Source: Bacillota bacterium (lineage in GTDB: Bacteria; Bacillota; DTU065). Taken from it: a stretch of DNA of 64,000 nucleotides. Made by a program: the position numbers and the translations under genes. Positions 28,362-38,049 of this stretch are shown here, in pieces (position 1 is the stretch's first letter; every line of letters starts with the position of its first letter). The DNA is taken from contig JAQVYS010000001.1 of NCBI GenBank assembly GCA_028708605.1, forward strand, positions 10,928 to 74,927, in the 5' to 3' direction. The notes beneath the pieces are model-generated. The model was not told the origin of the DNA, did no database searches, and worked only from the letters and a program-made list of their open reading frames with translations.

Positions 28362-31300
28362 TTACGCTCTCGAAGTTTTTTCTTGGTTTCTATCATCGAT
28401 TGGGAGAAGTTTTTTAGCTACAACCTTAATCTCTTCTTTTTCTCCAAAGTTTGAAAACTGCAATACACCCTTAATAAAGTAGACCTCTCCAGTCTCTGGC
28501 CTAAACTTGCTATAGATATCACTAAATACAGTTATGCTCACAGAGCCTAAAAAATCTTCAACATCAATAAAAGCCATAGTTTGCCCTTTACGGTCAGAGT
28601 AGAGATTTACCTTAGTTATTATTCCCGCTAGGACAACCTCAGAGCCGTCCGATCTTTCTGGTAGATCTTTTATACTATCTAGGCGATACTTTTTAAGAAC
28701 ATCCGCATATGCATCAAGAGGATGCCCTGACAAATAAAACCCTAGTGCTTCTTTTTCATAGTCTAGGTACTCCTTTAAACCTTTTTTAGGCATAATTGGA
28801 AGTTCTAACGAAACGTCCTCTGGCTCAAAAAGAGAAAGTTGGTTAGCATTATCTTTCTTTGCTCGATCAAGTGCCAACTTTGATACTTCAAGCAAGCTCT
28901 CGCGAGGACCAAATTCATCTAATGCACCTGCTTTAATAAGATTTTCCAAAGCTCTACTATCAAGAGAGTCTTTGTTTTTTGTACATAGATCAAGGATATC
29001 CTGATAGCTTTCGGTTTGACGGTTTTCAGCTATTTGACTTGCAAGACCAATACCAACTCCTTTGGTCACCCCGAGACCTAAGCGAATGTTGCCTTCTAAA
29101 GCGGTGTGGTATGCCTCGCTATGATTGATATCTATATTTAAGACATTTATCATCAATTGCTTTTTAATATACTCCAAATATGCTGTTGTCTTGTCTGAAT
29201 TATCGATAACACTGTTTAAAAGAGCTGTCATAAACTCTACTGGATAGTGTGCCTTAAGATAGGCGGTTTGATAGGCGATTAGGGCATAAGCTGCGCTGTG
29301 TGCCTTATTAAAGCAGTAGCTTCCAAAGCCTACAAAGACCTCATCCCAAAGCTGAGTAGCTTCTTCTTCAGTAATCAAGCCCTTCTCTTTTGCTCCACTA
29401 ATAAACATCTCGCGATGCTTGTCCATTAGATCCTTCTTTTTCTTAGCAACAGCTTTACGCAGCTCATCACTTTCTCCTCTAGTATAGCCCGCTAAAATAA
29501 TCGACGCACTCATCAGCTGCTCTTGATAAACCCATACCCCATAAGTTGGTTTAAGAATTGGTATTAGTTTTTCATGAAGGTAATGTGCTTCTTTTTCACC
29601 ATGCTTGCAGGCAATAAAATCATCTACCATACCACTTTCAAGAGGCCCCGGGCGATATAATGCAATTAGAGCTGTTATATCCTCAAATTCTGTTGGTCTT
29701 ATCCGCCTACATAGATTTCTCATACCATCTGACTCTAGTTGAAATACTCCAAGAGTATCTCCTTCCTGAAGAAGCTGGTATGTTGCTGGATCATCTAACT
29801 TCAGTGAAGCTAAATCTAGTTTCCTAGGTAGCGTCTTAATTGTGTCATCAATGATGGTTAAGTTTCTTAGGCCTAAGAAGTCCATCTTTAATAATCCACG
29901 CTCTTCTGTGGCGTCCATATCGGTCTGGACAGCATAGGTATCCTCAGCAGCCCGATACATAGGTACATATTCATAAATCGGTTTTGGTGTAATGACTATA
30001 CCTGCTGCGTGTAGCGACGCATGCCTTGCATTACCTTCGAGCCCTTTTGCGTAGACTACAACGCGATTAATCTCTGGGTCTTGGTTGCATAGCTGTCCTA
30101 GTTCTCCCTCTAAAGCCTTATCAATAGTCATTCCTAAGGTGGTAGGGATTGACTTTGCAATTTTATCTCCTAAACTATATGGAAGCCCTAAAACACGGAC
30201 AATGTCTCTTACAACACCTCTAGCCCCAAAGGTTCCAAATGTAACGATCTGTCCGACATGATCCTCTCCGTATTTGTCTTTAACATAATTAATAACGTCC
30301 TGTCTTCTTCTTTGGCAGATATCAACGTCAATATCTGGCATCCCAATACGATCTGGGTTAAGAAAACGCTCAAAAAGCAAGTCGTGGACTAAAGGATCAA
30401 TCTCAGTAATACCTAAAAGATAAGCAACTATTGAACCTGCTGCAGATCCTCTCCCAGGTCCGACTGGAATATCATTTTGTTTAGCCCAATTAATAAAGTC
30501 ACTAACAATTAAAAAATACGATTCATAGCCCATCTGTTCTATAACCTTCATCTCATATTGAGTACGTTCTAGAACATCTGGACTAGGGGTTTTACCGTAT
30601 CTAAAATCTAGTCCAAGTGCTACTTGGCGCTTAAAATAATCGTGTAAATTGCCCCCGCTTATAGGAAACTCTGGCAAATGTAACTCTCCGAATTTCATTT
30701 CAAATTCGCATTTTTCAGCAATAACAAGCGTATTCTCTATTGCCTCTGGTACATCCGCAAATAACAAACGCATCTGCTCAGCAGTTTTAAAATAATGCTC
30801 ATTTGAGAATGCTTCTTCTGCTCTTTCAGAGTATTCATCTAGTGTTATACCCCATTGCAGACACAACAAGACACGATGTAGTTCCGCTTGGTTCTGTTCC
30901 GTATAGTGTGAATCGTTGGTAGCAACTAGAGGAATACCAGTAGCTTTGCTAATCTCAATCAATTCTCTATTTACAACCAATTGCTCTGCCATGCCATGAT
31001 TCTGGAGTTCAAGATAGTAGTTCCCTCGCCCAAAAAGTTCATCTCTCCTTAAAGCCTCTGCTTTAGCTTCATCTCTAAAACCTGCTAGTATGAGCTGAGA
31101 TTCGGCGCCTCCAAGGCAAGCAGATTGAAAGATTATCCCTTCGTGAAACTCTTCAAGATCCTCCCAGTATATTTGAGGTCTGTAGTAAAATTGCCTCTGA
31201 CCTAAGCTTACAAGCCGGATTAGGTTCTGGTAACCCTGATCGTTTTTTGCCAGTGCAATTAAATGATATGGTTTTGGGGTCTTCTCGCCTTTTTTACCTC

Positions 31301-31508
31301 TAGACAAGTAAAGCTCACACCCACTAATAATTTTTACACCATATTTCTTGCCAAGCTTATGAGCTTTAGTTTCGCGGAACATATTGCCGTGGTCAGTTAT
31401 GGCAACAGCTGGTTGCCCATCTTCTGCTGCTTTTTTTATTATTTCTTCAACGGTACTAAGTCCATCTTGGAGACTACCGTCTGTATGAACATGTGTATGT
31501 ACAAACAT
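28362..31508 (-). CDS. dnaE: DNA polymerase III alpha subunit (DnaE type, N-terminal PHP domain).
   Basis: PHP motif HTHVHTDGSLQDG, the polymerase core and a C-terminal OB fold. The likely start is the internal ATG at 31508 (MFVHTHVH). The ORF track extends to 31586 without an RBS. Confidence 0.9.
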   Translation of the reverse strand: MFVHTHVHTDGSLQDGLSTVEEIIKKAAEDGQPAVAITDHGNMFRETKAHKLGKKYGVKIISGCELYLSRGKKGEKTPKPYHLIALAKNDQGYQNLIRLVSLGQRQFYYRPQIYWEDLEEFHEGIIFQSACLGGAESQLILAGFRDEAKAEALRRDELFGRGNYYLELQNHGMAEQLVVNRELIEISKATGIPLVATNDSHYTEQNQAELHRVLLCLQWGITLDEYSERAEEAFSNEHYFKTAEQMRLLFADVPEAIENTLVIAEKCEFEMKFGELHLPEFPISGGNLHDYFKRQVALGLDFRYGKTPSPDVLERTQYEMKVIEQMGYESYFLIVSDFINWAKQNDIPVGPGRGSAAGSIVAYLLGITEIDPLVHDLLFERFLNPDRIGMPDIDVDICQRRRQDVINYVKDKYGEDHVGQIVTFGTFGARGVVRDIVRVLGLPYSLGDKIAKSIPTTLGMTIDKALEGELGQLCNQDPEINRVVVYAKGLEGNARHASLHAAGIVITPKPIYEYVPMYRAAEDTYAVQTDMDATEERGLLKMDFLGLRNLTIIDDTIKTLPRKLDLASLKLDDPATYQLLQEGDTLGVFQLESDGMRNLCRRIRPTEFEDITALIALYRPGPLESGMVDDFIACKHGEKEAHYLHEKLIPILKPTYGVWVYQEQLMSASIILAGYTRGESDELRKAVAKKKKDLMDKHREMFISGAKEKGLITEEEATQLWDEVFVGFGSYCFNKAHSAAYALIAYQTAYLKAHYPVEFMTALLNSVIDNSDKTTAYLEYIKKQLMINVLNIDINHSEAYHTALEGNIRLGLGVTKGVGIGLASQIAENRQTESYQDILDLCTKNKDSLDSRALENLIKAGALDEFGPRESLLEVSKLALDRAKKDNANQLSLFEPEDVSLELPIMPKKGLKEYLDYEKEALGFYLSGHPLDAYADVLKKYRLDSIKDLPERSDGSEVVLAGIITKVNLYSDRKGQTMAFIDVEDFLGSVSITVFSDIYSKFRPETGEVYFIKGVLQFSNFGEKEEIKVVAKKLLPIDDRNQEKTSRA

Positions 31509-31725
31509 CCCAATCCCGCCTTTTTGAGCTTCCTTATACTTTCTCACGTAAATTTCTACTTGGACTATAAAGCCATAAAAACTCAAATCCCATATCTACA
31601 AATAAATTATTCACTCTCTTAAAATCACCTTTAAGATCTTCAGAAAAAGAGCTTAACTTGTTAAGAACTATTTCTCCCTTTACTCTCTAATAAACCTCTT
31701 TATTTCTCTATATTTTAATCGCTAG

Positions 31726-31752
31726 TAAAAAAAAAGAGCCCCGAGGGGCTCT
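31726..31752 (-). terminator. Rho-independent terminator downstream of the 549-aa secreted-protein gene.
   Basis: Stem AGAGCCCC/GGGGCTCT with loop GA, then TTTTTTTTT on the minus strand. Confidence 0.6.
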
Positions 31753-31762
31753 TTACAAATCA

Positions 31763-33412
31763 TTATTTCGTTCCTAAAGGCTCATCGAATTCACCTTTGA
31801 CATACTGGTAAACAAGTTCATAAATCTCTCTAGCATATGGATCTGAAGATATACCACAAGAACCAAAGTAGTGTGTACCTTGGTAATAACCATGAAGAGC
31901 GTCTTTCTGCCAGTTAAAAGTCACACCTGCTCGGAGATAATCAATGAATTTCTTTCTCTTTATAAGATCATTGGTTACACTACTTCCTTCTGCTTCAATC
32001 TCAATACCCTGTCCATATCTCAAAGCATAGTTTGATAGATGCAAAAATCTGTCAATAGTGGAAGTTGAGCTGAACATATGATTTGGCTGATGCATTACAA
32101 AATCAAAGCCCGCTTCCTCCCAACGATTGTGACCTGATGAAGTAAAGTACGGAATCCAAGTGTGTTTGAGATCAAATTCATGGATGTAGTCTGTAACTTT
32201 GTTAATCAGCTCTACTTCGCCTGGAACGCCATAATGGATAGCTTCTTCAACCCAGTAAAAACCAAGAAGCTCTAAATTTTGATAGTTTGCTTGTTCCCAT
32301 TTCTTGAGGACTTCATCGATATACCATTTAACAGCCCTAAAGCGATGATCTGTAGCCTTTTTAGCATCTCCCCAAGAGAAATTAAGAGAGCCGGTTCCAT
32401 CTACATCACCAAAATCCTTAATCTCTGACATCGGATTAGGAATCATGATATAGATCTTTCCTTTTGCATCTTCTCCTAACTGTTCATTAGCAACTTCATA
32501 GGCTCTTTCAAAGGCAGACAACTGATTGGTACCATCAAATATCTTATCAATAAACCATTGCCAGTGTTCCTTTACAGCTGGTGTACCTCTAGATGGTGCA
32601 TCAAATGCATGGCCATCAGGAGCAGTTAACGCTAAGAACAAAAACGAATCAAAGAAATAATCCTCTACGTTTAGCTGATAATCTGGATATATTGGAGAAA
32701 TGTAGGCTACGTAAGGAAGTGCATCAATCATCATCCAGTTTGAGCCAACGTTATTATAAATCAACATAAGGTCGTTAACGCCACCACTTCGTGGATCACC
32801 TTTAGGAAAATATCCAAGATCTGTAGATACTAAAGTAGGATCTTTTGACCCAGATATTGTAAAGTTGCTTACAATAAATTTACTATTTTCTGCCCAGAAT
32901 GCAATACCGCCACTTTTATACTTAATACTATAAGCTTCAATAATGAGCTCATCATTCAAGTAAACAAAAAAATCATTGCCTTTAACATTTAACCTTATTT
33001 TAGCCTCTTGGTTAGGTTTAACCCCTACATTAGCTTCTTCAAGTACTCGATAGTTCTCTACAGATGCGTCAAAACGACTTAAAGTAATGTTATCTGCGGT
33101 TATATTCAGACTATAAGTTTGGAAAGGCTTAGTCTGTCTAAAATAAAGTCTCACCTGGCCGTCTTTGCCATACTCTTCAGGCTTAACTACAAAAGTTAGA
33201 TCATAATCTACCCAGTTAAAACCGCCAAGTCTAGCTTCAGCCCAGCTTACGTGTGGCCATGATAGACTATCTTCTGTCATTACCCAATCTTTTTGCTGAA
33301 GATACCAATTATCGAACCCTTGGTCTTCAAATGCTTCGTTTGCACTTACAATGCTTGAAAGTACCATAATAAATATAACAACAATTTTTAACAAACTTCT
33401 CCACCACCTCAC
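31763..33412 (-). CDS. Secreted protein with an N-terminal DUF1080/LamG-like jelly-roll domain and a C-terminal glycoside-hydrolase-like domain (DUF4855-like?).
   Basis: 549 aa. A signal-anchor or signal peptide is followed by the pattern QGFDNWYLQQ...VYLNDELIIEAY. The N-terminus resembles the 207-aa protein encoded at 15498..16121. Confidence 0.45.
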   Translation of the reverse strand: MRWWRSLLKIVVIFIMVLSSIVSANEAFEDQGFDNWYLQQKDWVMTEDSLSWPHVSWAEARLGGFNWVDYDLTFVVKPEEYGKDGQVRLYFRQTKPFQTYSLNITADNITLSRFDASVENYRVLEEANVGVKPNQEAKIRLNVKGNDFFVYLNDELIIEAYSIKYKSGGIAFWAENSKFIVSNFTISGSKDPTLVSTDLGYFPKGDPRSGGVNDLMLIYNNVGSNWMMIDALPYVAYISPIYPDYQLNVEDYFFDSFLFLALTAPDGHAFDAPSRGTPAVKEHWQWFIDKIFDGTNQLSAFERAYEVANEQLGEDAKGKIYIMIPNPMSEIKDFGDVDGTGSLNFSWGDAKKATDHRFRAVKWYIDEVLKKWEQANYQNLELLGFYWVEEAIHYGVPGEVELINKVTDYIHEFDLKHTWIPYFTSSGHNRWEEAGFDFVMHQPNHMFSSTSTIDRFLHLSNYALRYGQGIEIEAEGSSVTNDLIKRKKFIDYLRAGVTFNWQKDALHGYYQGTHYFGSCGISSDPYAREIYELVYQYVKGEFDEPLGTK

Positions 33413-33520
33413 CTATTTATCTTTATAAAATTTCTCCACTAACTAGATAATCACCTTTTTCCACTTACAAAATAATGAGGAATAAGAGTTGAGTCTCCTA
33501 TTCCTCAAACTATATACTTT

Positions 33521-35236
33521 TTAGTCAATGAATTCCTCTTTTAAAGCATATGTACCAACTTTTACTCTCACAAAGTCCAGAGAAGAACCTAAAGCTACCT
33601 GAATCGACTTCGGTGAGTAATGAGCTTTGTCAGGCAACATTTCGTTAATTAGCTCAGTTATTTCTCTGTAATGTGCTGGGCGGTTTAGTTTCTTTATAAC
33701 AGCTTTTGCATAATCTACTCTTCTTTTTTTGATAAGTAGTGATTTTCTTGTAAGTTCCACTGTTTGGTCGGGTAGTAAGGCTAGCTTTTTAGAATTACTA
33801 ATCGAAGACCTAATTAAATCCTCATCCTTATTATAGGTTGCTACAATCATCTTAGCTAAAACATCTAAAGAAAGTGGCCCACTCTTTATTATAATAGATT
33901 CAGCCTCATATGCGATGAGATCGACCTGCTCTTTATCTATCTTATTTAGTGCCCAAAGACCATCTGATAACTCTTTGCAACCTGAAAGACTTAGAAACAG
34001 AGGAATGACGCTTGATGGGTTAACATTAGTAGCTTTGTGTTTTTTTAGTATCTGGGATTTAATAAGACTTATATTTGCTATCCCACCTGCATCTTCAAGA
34101 GTTTTTCTAAATACAACAAATAAAGATTCTGCCGCCTTTATATTTGATGCTGCAAACAGTTTTTTACGAGCCTTCTTTTCTATCTGCCTAACTCTTTCTC
34201 TAGATATATTATAATCTTCTGCGATAGCTTCGAGTGTCTCTGGAGATAAAGCAAAAATTGCTAAACGTCTATTTAAAATGTCCTTTTGCCTGCTAGATAA
34301 AGTCTCCTGTATAAGATGGATGTATTCGTCTAGTGTTTGGAATTCTATTAGCTCCGAATTAGGACTACTATAATATCTATTCAGTTCATATTGAATGCTT
34401 TCAAGAGATTTCGCACCAATATTTGCGATGTTAAGCAAGTCAGATTCTTTTAGATTAGCAATTTCCTCTACATAGCGAAAACCACTCTTTTTTAAAGCAT
34501 TATACGCTCTGTTTGTAAAATCAAGGCTTTCAATTGGGGTCTTGTACTCGTCGATACCACCTACTTGGTACATCTCTTTACAACTAGAAATTTTCTTGCC
34601 AGTTACAAGACTGTAACGTCTTAATAAATTCTCAAGTGAACTAGAACCTATTCCTCGAAGGTTAGAGAGCTCTTCTATACTCATATGTTCTAGTTGGCTA
34701 ACATAAAAAAGCTTGTTTCTTCTCAGGGCATTAAGAGTTCTGTTGTCTAAGCCTAAGTTAGACAACACTAAATCGCCTTGATCTTTTTGAAGATAGTAAA
34801 CTTTAATAGCCTTTTGAATATGCTTATAAGTATTTTCGCCTATGCCTTTGATCTGTAGTAATGTCTTTTTATCTAAGGAAACTAGCTCTCCTAAAGTAGA
34901 AATACCTGCATTAGTCAAGCTTTGCAATGCCCTACGGTTTAATGCTAGAACTAAAAGATCGAGATTATTATCTTCTTCGACTGATGATATGTTGTCAGTT
35001 TTCTCTTTGTGAACCTCGAGATTTAGATTAGCGATCTTTCTAGTTATCTCTGTTGCAGTAACTTGTCCAAGTTTTGGGATCTCTAACAGCTCTTCAAATT
35101 TGATGCTAGATATTTTCCCATATGTGTCAAGACCAGCATCCAAAAGAGCTCTTACTGCACGGGTCGAAAAACCTAATTCAACTACTGAAGTAGTTGAGTT
35201 AGGAGTGCCAATAGGTGAAGTTTTTGCAAGAACCAT
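33521..35236 (-). CDS. Chimeric transcription-related protein. It has four tandem RNA polymerase alpha-subunit C-terminal-domain-like (alpha-CTD, HhH) repeats, a sigma-70 region 4 HTH domain, an unknown middle region and a C-terminal HARE-HTH domain (RNAP delta-subunit-like).
   Basis: 571 aa. Repeats at aa 17-70, 91-147, 156-210 and 235-288 each carry the alpha-CTD pattern (for example ELGFSTRAVRALLDAGLDTYGKIS...ELLEIPKLGQ). Residues 305-360 read LSSRQKDILNRRLA...ETLEAIAEDYNISRERVRQIEKKARKKL, which is sigma region 4. Residues 506-567 read PAHYREITELI...FVRVKVGTYALKE, a HARE-HTH signature. Confidence 0.6.
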   Translation of the reverse strand: MVLAKTSPIGTPNSTTSVVELGFSTRAVRALLDAGLDTYGKISSIKFEELLEIPKLGQVTATEITRKIANLNLEVHKEKTDNISSVEEDNNLDLLVLALNRRALQSLTNAGISTLGELVSLDKKTLLQIKGIGENTYKHIQKAIKVYYLQKDQGDLVLSNLGLDNRTLNALRRNKLFYVSQLEHMSIEELSNLRGIGSSSLENLLRRYSLVTGKKISSCKEMYQVGGIDEYKTPIESLDFTNRAYNALKKSGFRYVEEIANLKESDLLNIANIGAKSLESIQYELNRYYSSPNSELIEFQTLDEYIHLIQETLSSRQKDILNRRLAIFALSPETLEAIAEDYNISRERVRQIEKKARKKLFAASNIKAAESLFVVFRKTLEDAGGIANISLIKSQILKKHKATNVNPSSVIPLFLSLSGCKELSDGLWALNKIDKEQVDLIAYEAESIIIKSGPLSLDVLAKMIVATYNKDEDLIRSSISNSKKLALLPDQTVELTRKSLLIKKRRVDYAKAVIKKLNRPAHYREITELINEMLPDKAHYSPKSIQVALGSSLDFVRVKVGTYALKEEFID

Positions 35237-35548
35237 ACCTATCTACCACCTCAACGTTTCTCTAACGCAATCAACCAAACATTCGCTTAACCCATAATTT
35301 CTATAATTGTTAAATTATTCCTTTTCCTTTCGCTCTTCGTACTATAAAGTTTAATAAATTATAGTTTTCTTTTACTTTACACGACTTAGAAAGAGAATAA
35401 GAGCCAGTTAAATAATAAGAAGAAGCTATGTTTATGCCTTGACAAGTAACAGTAAACTACTTAGAATTAAACCGAGATCCATAGTAAGGATTCTTTTTTC
35501 TGTAACACTATTAATATAAATAGATCTATTTTAAGAGGAGGTCTTGTA

Positions 35549-35770
35549 ATGAAAGAAAAAGTAGTAGCTATTTTGGATAAAATTCGTCCTAGCCTTCAAG
35601 CCGATGGCGGGGATGTTGAATTAATTGATGTAAGCGAAGACGGTATCGTAAGAGTTCGTCTTGTTGGCGCCTGTGCCGGTTGCCCAATGTCTACCCTTAC
35701 ACTAAAAAACGGCATCGAGCGCATTCTAAAAGAAAATATACCTGAAGTTCAATCCGTCTTATCTGTATAA
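35549..35770 (+). CDS. NifU-like Fe-S cluster scaffold or carrier protein (Nfu domain).
   Basis: 73 aa. IRPSLQADGGDVELIDV....VRLVGACAGCPMSTLTLKNGIE has the CxxC Nfu motif. RBS AGGAGG is upstream. Confidence 0.8.
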   Translation: MKEKVVAILDKIRPSLQADGGDVELIDVSEDGIVRVRLVGACAGCPMSTLTLKNGIERILKENIPEVQSVLSV

Positions 35771-35786
35771 CAATAATTGCTATATA

Positions 35787-35823
35787 AAAGTCATCTATCT
35801 CCAATAGATAGATGACTTTTTTG
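35787..35823. terminator. Bidirectional rho-independent terminator between the nifU-like gene (+) and the feoB-associated small gene (-).
   Basis: Perfect 11-bp stem GTCATCTATCT/AGATAGATGAC with loop CCAAT. AAAA precedes it and TTTTTT follows. Confidence 0.65.
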
Positions 35824-35839
35824 CTCTTATTTTCTTTAC

Positions 35840-35989
35840 TTACTTGCGTGCTGCTTGGCAGGTTAGGCAGTTCCCCTTGCAACTATAACAGCTACTTGGT
35901 ATCTTTTCACCGCATCGCATGCAACGAGTACTTAATAGATCTTTTATCTTAATTTTTAAACCGCAATTCAAACATTTAATCTCACTCAT
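35840..35989 (-). CDS. Unannotated 49-aa Cys-rich (double zinc-ribbon) protein immediately downstream of feoB.
   Basis: Manual translation gives MSEIKCLNCGLKIKIKDLLSTRCMRCGEKIPSSCYSCKGNCLTCQAARK, with four CxxC pairs. The ATG lies 14 nt after the feoB stop and a shared terminator lies downstream. The ORF is below the 60-aa cut-off of the supplied track. Confidence 0.5.
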   Translation of the reverse strand: MSEIKCLNCGLKIKIKDLLSTRCMRCGEKIPSSCYSCKGNCLTCQAARK

Positions 35990-36002
35990 AAAAAATCCCC
36001 TT

Positions 36003-37814
36003 TTATGCTACAAATTGTGCCAATACTCCTCCTACTAGAAAAGCTGCAAATATACAGCTTGCAAAGACCAAAAGTCCCTGTTTTATACCTCTTTCTTTTA
36101 AGATAACTATAATACTAGCTATGCATGGAACAAAAAGTGTAAGTGTTGTCATAGCAACTAAAGTCTGTTCTTTAGACAAAGCCATATTAAAAAAGCCTGC
36201 AGCTCCAAAATCACGTCTAATAATACCCATTATAAAAGCAGTAGCTGCTTCTTTAGGAAGCTTCATCCAACTAACGACTAAAGGAGCTGTAAGGTTTTGG
36301 AGAAACTCTAAAGCGCCAGTCACATTTAATACCCCAATCAATAGAGCACCAACTGCAAAAATAGGACCTGCCTCTTTTAAAAAGTGCATTGATTTACTCC
36401 AAGTCTTTTGCAAGACGTTTTTTATAAGAGGCACTCTCATCGGTGGAATGTCAATTAAAAGATCGGTTGTTTTCCCTGGAAGTACTCTGTTTAGTAAGGT
36501 CCCAGTAGCCAAAAAAACAGCTAGGATTATTAAAACGTACAAAATAAAATAGCCAAAACCTATTTGAGAAAGAAGCGCTGCTATAACACCAAGCTGGGCT
36601 GAACAGGGAATTGTCAGACTTAAAAGTACAATAGCAATAAGTCTTTCTCTGTCTGACCCAAGAATGCGAGTGCTAATAGAAGCCATAGTAACACAACCAA
36701 ATCCCAAAACCATAGGAATAACAGCACGACCATTTAACCCAATCTTATGGAACCCACGGTCTAGCAAAGTTGCTAACCTAGGTAGATATCCTGAATCCTC
36801 TAAAATCGATAAAAATAAATGAAACGCTATAACTAAAGGAAGTATCAAAGCAACAATATAAGTAACAGTCATTGTTAAGATTCCAAATTCGCCGACTAGA
36901 ATCTCTGCAACAATTGAGCCTTCAGGTACTAAATAGCTTACAACACCCTGTATCCATGGTTCATAGGTGCTTTGCATCAGACCTTCTAAATAGTCAACCA
37001 CATTTCCCGCAACAAATACGCCAAGTAGCTGGTAAGCGAGATAAAGCATTAAAAACAGAATTGGAACACCAACTGCTGGCTTAAGTAAGAGGTCGCCAAT
37101 CCGATCTCCTATTCCTCTTTTCTGATTTTTATACCTAACTACTGTTTTACATAACTCATCTACATGCATTCTTCTTGCAAAATAAATCTCCTCACGTTTA
37201 TCCGGGATATCATCAATTTGCAGATCATCTTCTAACGCAAGAAGGAGTTTTACATCAGAAATCTCACGACCAATAAAAGGCTTCATGAGTTTTTCAATCT
37301 CTTGGCTCTTTCTGCCTGGTCTTGCCAAGTGAAGTTTTTCTGTCAGTTCTTCGAGGCCCGCTTTCTGCGCTGCTATTATGGGAATAACTGGGACACCTAA
37401 ATAGTTTTCTAGAGCATCCAAATCCAGCTCCATCTTTTGCCTTTTAACTTCGTCCATCATATTCACAGCAACTATTAGTGGTATTCCCATTTCAGCAAGC
37501 TGTAAGGTTAAAAACAGATCTCTTTCTAGATGAACGCCATCAACAACATTTAACAGAATATCTCCTTCTAAAATGACGTCTCTAGCTACCTTTTCCTCAT
37601 CGTTGAAAGATGAGACACTATAGATTCCCGGAGTGTCCATAATAAGATAATTTTTATAAGTCCCAGACGCGATCTCCACGGTTGTCCCAGGAAAATTAGA
37701 GACATCAACATACATTCCGGTAAGATAATTAAAGACAACTGATTTACCTACATTAGGATTACCTACAAGCACTAGTCTTTTCTGTTTAGTTCCACCTCTC
37801 TGCTGTTTTTCCAA
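36003..37814 (-). CDS. feoB: Ferrous iron transporter FeoB.
   Basis: 603 aa. N-terminal GTPase (GNPNVGKS, DTPG) and a C-terminal polytopic membrane domain with Gate motifs. Confidence 0.9.
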   Translation of the reverse strand: MEKQQRGGTKQKRLVLVGNPNVGKSVVFNYLTGMYVDVSNFPGTTVEIASGTYKNYLIMDTPGIYSVSSFNDEEKVARDVILEGDILLNVVDGVHLERDLFLTLQLAEMGIPLIVAVNMMDEVKRQKMELDLDALENYLGVPVIPIIAAQKAGLEELTEKLHLARPGRKSQEIEKLMKPFIGREISDVKLLLALEDDLQIDDIPDKREEIYFARRMHVDELCKTVVRYKNQKRGIGDRIGDLLLKPAVGVPILFLMLYLAYQLLGVFVAGNVVDYLEGLMQSTYEPWIQGVVSYLVPEGSIVAEILVGEFGILTMTVTYIVALILPLVIAFHLFLSILEDSGYLPRLATLLDRGFHKIGLNGRAVIPMVLGFGCVTMASISTRILGSDRERLIAIVLLSLTIPCSAQLGVIAALLSQIGFGYFILYVLIILAVFLATGTLLNRVLPGKTTDLLIDIPPMRVPLIKNVLQKTWSKSMHFLKEAGPIFAVGALLIGVLNVTGALEFLQNLTAPLVVSWMKLPKEAATAFIMGIIRRDFGAAGFFNMALSKEQTLVAMTTLTLFVPCIASIIVILKERGIKQGLLVFASCIFAAFLVGGVLAQFVA

Positions 37815-38049
37815 CTGCTTTTCCCTCCTCAGCTTGTGTATTTACAGTAATCTGACGTGCAAGTTCCTGCCCTATTGCAATTTGCTGAAGATTCTTACTG
37901 ATAATTACAGGTCCTCTGTTAACGCGAAAGACGCAGGTTATCTCTGTACCTGGCATAAGACCTAACCGGACAGCTTGAATCCGGACTAAGCCTTGGGGTA
38001 GATCCTGTAAGGTCGCTCTTTGACCTGGCTGCAATTTATTGAGTGTCAT
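37786..38049 (-). CDS. feoA: Ferrous iron transport protein FeoA.
   Basis: 88 aa from the ATG at 38049, preceded by RBS AGAGGGAGAG. SH3-like FeoA pattern LKPGQRATLQDL...GLMPGTEI. The ORF track start at 38085 lacks an RBS. Confidence 0.8.
   Translation of the reverse strand: MTLNKLQPGQRATLQDLPQGLVRIQAVRLGLMPGTEITCVFRVNRGPVIISKNLQQIAIGQELARQITVNTQAEEGKAVGKTAERWN

Noticed and set aside
31508-31586. Extended dnaE N-terminus (MSFYGFIVQVEIYVRKYKEAQKGGIG...).
   Set aside because: No RBS before the upstream ATG. The PHP domain begins at the internal Met (MFVHTHVH), which has a purine-rich stretch upstream.
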